Shown in pieces: positions 56,728-64,000 of a DNA stretch of 64,000 bases. A program made the position numbers and the translations under genes. Under the pieces are notes generated by a model. That model was not told the DNA's origin, ran no database searches, and saw only the letters and a list, made by a program, of their open reading frames with translations. The DNA comes from a virus. Location: positions 49,816 to 113,815 of IMG/VR virus record IMGVR_UViG_3300022562_001652; one strand, written 5' to 3'. How positions within the stretch are numbered: the first letter of the stretch is position 1; every line of letters begins with the position of its first letter.

Positions 56728-56975
56728 AAGGTAGAAAGGAGAAACCGATGCACTGGCCGTAGGACGATCCTTTGGTGCGTTCCAACTAATGGCGACACAC
56801 CGGGATGTGCCTAAGCGCACTGTTCAGTCCCGGAACAAGTCTAGGAGACCGGCATGACTTGGATTAACGCGTGACCGCGAAGTACCGTCGAACGTAGAGA
56901 CGTGCGTCTATCGACGGGCGCGGATAAGCCGTAACGTCTGACGAGCAGGTCAAAACTGTTCAACCGGGCTCGTCG

Positions 56976-57112
56976 CCCACGCCGTGGAAAGCGGCGGGTA
57001 GTGCCTGATCCACAATGTATGTCTTTGTGTTGTGAACAGAAGCGCGCTCTGTCACCCCAAGACTCGTTGGTGGTTCGGAACGAGAGCGGTTCGACTCCGC
57101 TCCGTGGGCCCA
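56976..57112 (+). ncRNA. tRNA-like element 3 (137 nt, multi-hairpin insert)
   Basis: CCCACG/CGTGGG; CCG-TGGAAAG-CGG; three inner hairpins; GAGCGG-TTCGACT-CCGCTC; C+CCA. Confidence 0.65.
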
Positions 57113-57301
57113 AGGAAAAGCTGAGAGGTGCCCGGGTGGCTCCGGGCTAGTCGGGGTGTCTATTTCCCCGATGAACAAGCGGACTAAGCTACCGCAAAAA
57201 AAGGCCCTCGCCCTGGATCGGGCCGCCGCCGGTGAGCGGCGATAGCTGAGGACGCAGAGGGGTTCGCCCCGGTGAAGGCGGATCTCGGCTCTCACCACCT
57301 T

Positions 57302-57348
57302 GCGCAGGAGGGGTTTGTAGGCGAGTTCGACTCTCGCCCTGCGCCCTA
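57302..57348 (+). ncRNA. tRNA-like element 4 (47 nt, minimal)
   Basis: GCGCAG/CTGCGC; GAG-GGG-TTT; GGCGAG-TTCGACT-CTCGCC; C+CTA. Confidence 0.6.
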
Positions 57349-57361
57349 AAAGGAGACAAAG

Positions 57362-57604
57362 ATGGCACGCAAGTGCAAATGCCACGAAAGAGTACGTCAG
57401 GCCATGGATCGTGGAATGGGCTTCCACGAAGCCTACGCTAAGTACGGACGACCTGGGTACCACGAGCACAGGTGTGAGTGTCCCTGCGGATGCAAGCAAG
57501 ACACACTGGGGTACGCATACTGTCCTTACTGCCATTTCGAGCATGCGGAAAGGCGTGGCGAAGTGATCGGGATCCTCGGGCTCCCCTTCAAGAAGAAGGA
57601 TTAA
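57362..57604 (+). CDS. Cys/His-rich small protein
   Basis: 80 aa; CECPCGC...CPYC; AAGGAG RBS. Confidence 0.6.
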   Translation: MARKCKCHERVRQAMDRGMGFHEAYAKYGRPGYHEHRCECPCGCKQDTLGYAYCPYCHFEHAERRGEVIGILGLPFKKKD

Positions 57605-58000
57605 TGCCCACCACGAAGAAGAAGAAGAAGAGCAGCAGGCAGCTGCTGCTTCTGAGCTGGCGCTGTGCCAATTGCAGGAAACTCGTATCCGCTTTCGTGC
57701 GGACGAAGGGCGATCGGGGGCGCGCATGCCTGCGGCTGTTTCCGCGCCACAATTGCGCCGCTGCTGCGCCCGCTGAAGCTTCTACAGGAGGAAAGTGAAG
57801 ATGAACGTTCACGTGATCGAGATCTCTGATGAAGAGGCGTGGATCCTCGCGGTGCGGGCTCGCGTTGCTCTCGGGGCCTCTCTCGAAGAAGCAGCCTCTA
57901 TCACGAAGAGAAACGCTCCAGAGCTCGCCGCCCGCGTTCTGGATCGCATCGGTAGCTGGCCATCTAGCTACCTTGAGCTGCGGGCGCTGCAGGAGCTACC

Positions 58001-58447
58001 ATGAAGGACGAGGGAATCAGAATCAGCCCCAAGCACGGGCTGAACCCAGCTATCCCCAAATGCTTCTACTGCCTGCAGAACAAGAACGAGATCATCCTGG
58101 CAGGCATGATGAAGCCGCTCTCAGGCAAAGGGCGAAACGCCAAGCCTGCGGAGTACGACCCCCAGGCCCCGCAGGGAATGGTCTGGGACAAGGTGCCATG
58201 CTGCGAGTGCGCCGGCTTCATGGAGAAGGGAATCATCCTGATCAGCGCGCTCGACTCTGAAGAGGGAAGCGATAACCCGTACCGCACCGGGGGGTGGGTC
58301 GTGGTCACCGACGGCTTCATCCGTCGCTTGCTCGGCGACACGCCCCTGTGTGAGGACATTTTGAAGAGGCGCGTGGCTTTCCTGCCAGACAAGGTGTGGG
58401 ATCAGATCGGCCTGCCGCGCGGCGAGAAAGAAGAAGAGGGGACATGA
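58001..58447 (+). CDS. Hypothetical Zn-binding phage protein
   Basis: 'SPKHGLNP..CFYC...C.EC...NPYRTG'; AGGAG RBS. Confidence 0.6.
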   Translation: MKDEGIRISPKHGLNPAIPKCFYCLQNKNEIILAGMMKPLSGKGRNAKPAEYDPQAPQGMVWDKVPCCECAGFMEKGIILISALDSEEGSDNPYRTGGWVVVTDGFIRRLLGDTPLCEDILKRRVAFLPDKVWDQIGLPRGEKEEEGT

Positions 58448-58670
58448 AGTCGACAGAAGAGAGACTGCGCACCGCCATTCAGAAGCTCCGGGAAGAGATC
58501 TTCGATCTGGAGCTTGCCCTGCATCAGGAAGGTTTTTGGACAGGCATACTTGTCTCCGCCGTCGAAGTAGAGGCCGCTGCTCACGAGACAGCGAACATCG
58601 TTCGCCGTCGGCTGGATCTGGACAAGAAGCGCGACGAAAATCTCAGTTTCATGGAAAGGAAGGGATAGAA

Positions 58671-60116
58671 ATGGCCGTCTTCGAAGCGAGCCCCGAAGGT
58701 TTCCGCGCCCAGAACATGGGCCGTCCGCCCGCGCATCTGGTGCGCGAGCTCATCCAGAATGCCTTTGACGAGGAAGCGTCCGTCGTCAAGGTGTTCATCA
58801 AGTGGACGCCGAAGCGTGGCGTCCAGCTGCGCGTCACAGACGATGTCCCCGGCGGCATCCGCGACGAGCGTCTGGTCTTCACGATCTGGGAGACGGACAA
58901 GGCCGATTCTCCGACGAAGCGTGGGCGCATGGGCCGTGGCCTCAAGGAGGTCGTGTCGGTCTCAGACCGCACGATCGTGTCGACGCAGGGAAGAAACGCG
59001 ACGGTCTTCGAACGCGTCGCCGACGGCGACTGGAAACGCTATACCTCGAACAAGTTCCCACCGCCGACACAGGGAACTGTCGTCGAGGCCAAGATCAAGT
59101 CGTGGAAACAGAAGGACGTCGACGACGTCGTCGAGTACCTGCGCCACATCCGCGCTCCGAATCACATGATGTTCTACGTGAACGATGAGTGGATCCGCGC
59201 TGCTCCTGCGCTGGAAGAATACGAAATGTACCTTCCCTCCGTGACCTTCGTGACCGAAGAGGGCGAACGCCGCGTGAGCAACCGCAGCTTCAACACCAAG
59301 GTCCAGCTCTTTCACGAAGCTGAGAGCTGGGTCTACGAGATGGGGTTGCCGATCGAGAAGATCGAATTTCCCATGTCGATCGACGTCGGGCAGCGCGTGC
59401 CGTTGAGAGAGCAGCGGGACACTCTCACCAAGAACTACAGAGACGAGCTCTTCGCGAAGCTGGTGAGCAGACGGATCGACGTGATCCCGTCCGAAGAGCT
59501 CAAAGACAACTACGTGCTCAATGCGGCGAGCTACGGCTTTCTCATGAGCGACGCTGCACAGAAGAAGATCGCGGATGCCTGGACAGAAGGCAAGCCGTAT
59601 GCCGCAACCCCCACCATGATGTCCGTCGCGACGGGTGCCCACATCCCCGTGGTGAACCTGCGCACGCTGCCTGAGGCGATTCGCGAGCTCGTCAAGCGGG
59701 TCGGATCCGATGTGAAGGAAGTCATCCGCTCACGCAAGGAAGCGGCGACCTCGACATCCCAACTCACGGCGTCTCATCGACGCCTCATCCAGGCTTGGGA
59801 GTGGCTCGCCGAGAAGATCGGTCGCCCAGTCTTCGTCCGAATCATGGACGGTAGCGTGTCGTCACGGGCGGACTTCAGCCCGGAATCTCGCGTCCTCACT
59901 CTCTATCGAGAGGTCGCAGGCGACGCCTTCTTCTCGGAGCCGTTTGGAGCCGAGCAACTCGGCCTGTTCATCCACGAGGTCTCACACTGGTCCCGCCGTG
60001 AAAACCAGCACGGTCTCGACTTCGTCTCGGACGCGGAGAAGGTGGGAGGGCAGGTCGCCAGCGTCTTCCTGAAGAGTTTCAGCGAGGCTCACGAAGTGCT
60101 TCGTTCTGTGCAATGA
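58671..60116 (+). CDS. GHKL (HATPase_c) ATPase with a C-terminal HExxH domain
   Basis: 'RELIQNAFD' N-box, 'DDVPGG', 'RGRMGRGLK', 'GT.V'; C-terminal IHEVSH. Confidence 0.75.
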   Translation: MAVFEASPEGFRAQNMGRPPAHLVRELIQNAFDEEASVVKVFIKWTPKRGVQLRVTDDVPGGIRDERLVFTIWETDKADSPTKRGRMGRGLKEVVSVSDRTIVSTQGRNATVFERVADGDWKRYTSNKFPPPTQGTVVEAKIKSWKQKDVDDVVEYLRHIRAPNHMMFYVNDEWIRAAPALEEYEMYLPSVTFVTEEGERRVSNRSFNTKVQLFHEAESWVYEMGLPIEKIEFPMSIDVGQRVPLREQRDTLTKNYRDELFAKLVSRRIDVIPSEELKDNYVLNAASYGFLMSDAAQKKIADAWTEGKPYAATPTMMSVATGAHIPVVNLRTLPEAIRELVKRVGSDVKEVIRSRKEAATSTSQLTASHRRLIQAWEWLAEKIGRPVFVRIMDGSVSSRADFSPESRVLTLYREVAGDAFFSEPFGAEQLGLFIHEVSHWSRRENQHGLDFVSDAEKVGGQVASVFLKSFSEAHEVLRSVQ

Positions 60117-60600
60117 TCCCAGGCAATAAAAGAACGGCGTCGCACGGTGGGATGTGCCTAGCTGACTCGACACGCCAGGGCACATCAAGGAGATCTCGAT
60201 GGGAATCAAGGTTCTTGGAACTCAGGGACTTGTAGAGTATGCGTGGCGCCACATAGGCGAGATCAAGGTACTCTACTACCGCTTCTTGGATCGGAAGAAC
60301 GACTGGAAGCCGGTTGCGTACTAAGGGGGAAAGAGATGTCGCTTAGCCGCGAACAGATCGGAAGAGGACGGCGGTGGTCGTTCATCAACGGACGCTGGCA
60401 CAAGCGTCAGATGTCGCGGTGGCGACGTCGTCAGCAGCGCTTGGCTCTTTCCCGTGGGGAAGAGCCTGTTGTGGGACGCGACTACGTCGGCTTCGCTTCT
60501 TAAGGAAAGGAGGTGATGTGGAATGGGCCCGCTCCGGGAAAGCCGGGGAGCCAGTAAACGCTAGGCCGAAACCCTGATTTATGTAGGCCATTGATTGAAA

Positions 60601-60689
60601 GAACGGCGTATCTCAAGTGGTAGAGAACCTGCAACGATCTCGTAAGGTCTTGTAGGAAGATGCCGGTTCGAATCCGGTCGCCGTTCCCA
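60601..60689 (+). tRNA. Non-canonical tRNA with a 29-nt extended anticodon arm (identity unclear)
   Basis: AACGGCG/CGCCGTT acceptor, TA, TCTC-AAGTGGTA-GAGA D arm, GCCGG-TTCGAAT-CCGGT T arm, C+CCA; G at -1. Confidence 0.7.
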
Positions 60690-60723
60690 AAGAAGTAGGT
60701 TTCACCAAAGAGGAGGAAACGCC

Positions 60724-61020
60724 ATGCACGACTGCCCATGCTGTGGGGAGGAAGTCGTCTATTCGGACAACCCTTCCGAGCTCTGCGACAGCTGCGAGTC
60801 CGCCGGGTGTGAGCCACACGAATGTGGCTGCGTCTGGTCTTGTGGAATCGGAAACCAGTGCGACGAGGAAGGCGTCTATCTGGACTGTCAAGTCCCGCAG
60901 TGCTTCGAGTGCGGGACGAGAGCGTCGCTGATGAACGACGGTTTCTGGCACTCCAACTGTGAAGAAGACGAGTGCACGAACGCGAACAAGTCGTGGCCTG
61001 CCACGATGCAATCCGCTTGA
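60724..61020 (+). CDS. Cys-rich acidic small protein
   Basis: 98 aa with many Cys; GAGGAGG RBS. Confidence 0.6.
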   Translation: MHDCPCCGEEVVYSDNPSELCDSCESAGCEPHECGCVWSCGIGNQCDEEGVYLDCQVPQCFECGTRASLMNDGFWHSNCEEDECTNANKSWPATMQSA

Positions 61021-61034
61021 AGAAGGAGGGGCTG

Positions 61035-61755
61035 ATGACGGTCGTCTCAAAATTGAAAGAGCTCGAGGAAAAGAAAAAAGACTTCCTCAAGAACGCTCCG
61101 CCTCCTCCCACAAAGGAATTCTCGTGGGGTCTGTTCGAAAACCTCCTAAACGGGTACGTCAAGGACGCACTTCACGAGTCTCCTGTTGACTGGAGATGGA
61201 ACTCTGAGGATCAGACCTTCGACTTCGAACTTGCACAGGCTGTTCGAGTAGGTGGGTTTGACGGTGTCATGACTCGAACCTTCACGTTCAACCCTCACCA
61301 CGATCTGGTGAAAGAGTTAAAGAGGCTGTACGAAGAGCGAAAGCGCTGGATCGGCACCTGCATCAAGACCTCTTTCTCGGGAGGAACACCATGAACGCAC
61401 CGACAACTGAAACCAAGAGGCGGTATCCGATCGTCGCGTCGCGCTGGTACAACGCGACAGAATGCGCGAGCATCGCGAAGATTCTGAAGGCTGGGGATCA
61501 TCGCGCCCTCCGAGACGGTGCTTGGGGAATCAACCTGGCCCGTGCTGTGGACCCTTACCGCGAGCTCACCGAGCTCGTCTCGGCTTTCCGATGACGCTCA
61601 AGGCCTTCGTTAAGAAGTACCGCCGGGAACTGGACGGCTACATCCAAAGTGCTGTTCCCGGTGCTCGAAAGAACGACGAAGAGCGTCAGCTGTGGGTGTT
61701 GAACGACGAGTATCTCTACCACTGGGCTCTTCGTTCCGGTGTGAAGGAGATCTGA
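61035..61755 (+). other. Three small coupled hypothetical genes
   Basis: ~61035-61394, 61391-61594 and 61591-61755 with SD sites and overlaps. Confidence 0.5.
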
Positions 61756-62450
61756 TGGGGACGCCGTTGAAGCTGAAGCTGTTCTACAGCGACGTCGACG
61801 ACAACCCGTCAGAGTACGACAGTTGGAAGCTCTACTCGTTCAGCCGGAAGCACGTCAACTACAGGCACCTGGACAACTTCCTGCCGCCGGGTCTCGGTCT
61901 TCGGAGAAAGCTCGAGGTCGGAACAGCCTTCCTGCTCTCGTACTACGAGCACGGGCAGTGTGTGTGGTCCCTTCAAGACGAAGGCCCACAGTGCCGATGG
62001 GACACCGTCAACTGCGCCGGGATCTTGCTCTGGGAACAAAGCCCTAAGAATCTCGGCGCCAAGACCCTCGAAGCAAGGCGTGAAGACGCGCGTCAGTTTC
62101 TCAAGACGTATACGGCCTGGTGCAACGGCGAGTGCTTCGGGTACATCCTCTACGAAGGGAACACAGAGGACGAAGAGGTTGATTCGTGTAGCGGGTTCTA
62201 TGACCCGGAAGAAATGGCAGAGAGCGTGCGCCTTGCTGCTGAAGGTCGTCGCGTCGAGATCGTCCCCACGAACGGCGGCTCCGATGCCAGCTCTCTCGCC
62301 GATTCCTACGAGTTCGGGCAGAACGTGATCGAGCCTGTCGTGCGCTGTCCCAAATGCCGCGCTCCCATGCGTAGCTGTTCTACTGGTGACCAAGATGCCC
62401 ACTGCGACAGCTGTCTCACCGTGGTGCCTTTGGAAAGGAAGAACTCGTGA
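61755..62450 (+). CDS. Hypothetical phage protein
   Basis: Start ATG 61755 with AAGGAG; 'YEHG..WD..G.L..Y..W.NGE.FGY..DSC.GFY' pattern; C-terminal Zn ribbon. Confidence 0.6.
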   Translation: MGTPLKLKLFYSDVDDNPSEYDSWKLYSFSRKHVNYRHLDNFLPPGLGLRRKLEVGTAFLLSYYEHGQCVWSLQDEGPQCRWDTVNCAGILLWEQSPKNLGAKTLEARREDARQFLKTYTAWCNGECFGYILYEGNTEDEEVDSCSGFYDPEEMAESVRLAAEGRRVEIVPTNGGSDASSLADSYEFGQNVIEPVVRCPKCRAPMRSCSTGDQDAHCDSCLTVVPLERKNS

Positions 62451-63824
62451 TGAACAACGAGAGCGCGAAGCATGCGAAGAGCGAATTCGGCACACAAGAC
62501 GGTGTCGACTTCGATGCCCATTACCGCATCAAGAAACCGTGGGCCAGGGGTGTCGCCTGGTTCTTGCTCGGCTGGGAAGCCAGGTACGTGCCCGAGCTCG
62601 CTTTCATGTGGGACGAGTTCGGAAACGAGTGGGAAGAAGAGGTTGAGGGAAAGTGGGTTCCCGACGTCGGCGGCAGGGTCGTAGCCGTGATGGTGGGCGA
62701 CGATCGGCGCTTCGTCTTCGACCTCGAAGACCTCGAAGTCATCAAAGAAGACAGCTTCTGCTCCGGCTGTGGTCAGATCGGATGCGGTTGGTGCTGAAAG
62801 AAAGGACGGTGGGATGAGCAACGAATCAGACAGCCGTCTCAAGGAAGCCAGCCTCGTCGCGGACGAGCTCGTCAGTGCTGCCAACGAGATCGAGCAAGTT
62901 GCGGGTGCTTTGAGGCTTTTGGGAGCCAAAGATGGATCGCTTCAGCTTCTCGAAGCTGTCAAGACGATCGACCGTTCGCGCGTGTTTCTCAGGACCCTGC
63001 ATCGCTTTCGGAACCGATAGGCAAGGAGGAGGACTGATGCGTTGTCCCGACTGCAACAAGTTCGTCTCGGAAAACACCGACGAAGATCCTGAATTCTCCA
63101 TCGACGCCTGGATGGAGGGCGACGTGATCACCGTCTCGGGTACGGTGTCGATCATCAACACCTGCGCGGAGTGTGGTACCGAGTTGCGTACTGCGTCTTT
63201 CGACACAGAGGCGACCATCTTCCGAAAGAAGGACGCACCAGCCCATTGTGGATCGCCTGATATCGACGAGTCGGATATCGACGCGGAGCGCACGGAAGAG
63301 ACGAAGGGGAAGGTTCGCTACTTCGGGTACAGAGCGACCGTGCCTATCCGTTGCTCGGGCTGCGAAGAGGTGATCACGGAGATCGAAATCTCCGATCAGA
63401 TCGCGGCTTCCGACATGGACTCAGCGGTGTAGGGGGATAGGATGACGAGGCAAATCACCCCGGAAACTCCGCAAGAGCTCTGCCTTTGGGACGAATACGG
63501 CGAAGCTCGACAGTTTGGAAGACGAAGATGACCTCTGACGAGAAAACCAACACGCCGCTCGACGTGTGGTGTCACACCTGCCACGTCGACGCCGGGCAAC
63601 TTTGCAGGTGGGGTGCTGTTGGGGAGTTACATACGATGCGTGAGCTCGGCTTCAAGCATCGCTCGTTTCCGTGTGAAGCAGAGATCGATCTCTCGAAGCC
63701 TATAGGCTTCGAGAAACGTCGTGGCTATCAACCACCGTGGTACACGGTGTTCTTCTACACGTGCCCACGCTGCGATAAGCGTGTGAACCTCCGACTCGTC
63801 CGCGATGGTCGGTGGACGATCTAA
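62447..63824 (+). other. Cluster of small hypothetical early-type genes, several Zn-binding
   Basis: 62447-62797, ~62814-63020, ~63037-63432 and ~63528-63824. Confidence 0.5.
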
Positions 63825-64000
63825 ATGAGGAGAAGAGCGTCCTATTCGACGAACGGGGGCAAGGTGCCTACGCCACCTACAGGCACTATCAAGTGTCCGT
63901 GGCGCCTCAGTGCTCCGACTACCAGATAGAAGAGGGAGGAAAGAGATGGACATCAAGTGCGTAGTCTGTGGTGAACCGTGGGACGCCTGGGGAGTGAACC

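Larger units (their letters stand above)
56730..57350 (+). ncRNA. Large structured non-coding region containing two tRNA-like modules
   Basis: No convincing plus-strand ORF in ~620 nt; more than 10 local hairpins. Confidence 0.55.

Noticed and set aside
56755-56833. Pistol ribozyme (CCTAAGCG...GT-CCCGG resemblance)
   Set aside because: Lacks the P1 hairpin, the conserved AAA linker and a proper P3
56938-56974. Hammerhead core (CTGACGA)
   Set aside because: No GAAA after stem II; the segment pairs as GACGAGC/GCTCGTC instead
56976-57112. tmRNA
   Set aside because: Too short, no G3:U70 alanine identity and no tag reading frame
60136-60186. HDV-like/theta ribozyme
   Set aside because: Pseudoknot present but no P3/L3 or J4/2 catalytic-C strand can be assigned
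1-64000. Alternative genetic code, integrase, introns/inteins, reverse transcriptase or DGR
   Set aside because: Core genes are intact in code 11 with all three stop codons used; no corresponding motifs seen

Overview
This window is a 64-kb fragment of a large, GC-rich contractile-tailed (myovirus-type) phage genome. The spanin-like lysis genes suggest a diderm host (inference). Bases 1-40.5 kb (minus strand) carry the virion module. In transcription order it runs: thymidylate kinase, dCTP deaminase, portal, a ~7.7-kb accessory head insertion (1337-aa multi-domain protein, 2H phosphoesterase, MuF-like protein, HipA/PI3K-like kinase), prohead protease, scaffold, major capsid, neck, sheath, tube, +1-frameshift tail chaperones, tape measure with an M23 domain, hub, spike, baseplate and a beta-helix tailspike. 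Bases 41-42.5 kb hold holin/spanin-like genes. Bases 42.5-64 kb (plus strand) hold ThyX, a YqaJ nuclease (minus strand), an XRE regulator and many small early-type genes, with a repeat-rich non-coding block at 52.5-53.2 kb. Two candidate novel systems stand out. (1) A family of anticodon-less tRNA mimics with a 6-bp acceptor/6-bp T-stem geometry, plus a ~620-nt structured RNA region and a tRNA with an elongated anticodon arm. These punctuate an early operon that also encodes a Csx16-like putative ring nuclease and a PNK-like kinase. (2) A putative capsid-packaged cargo cassette whose domains are separated by repeated K|A/S linkers resembling prohead-protease sites. All family assignments come from motif recognition by eye, not from database searches.
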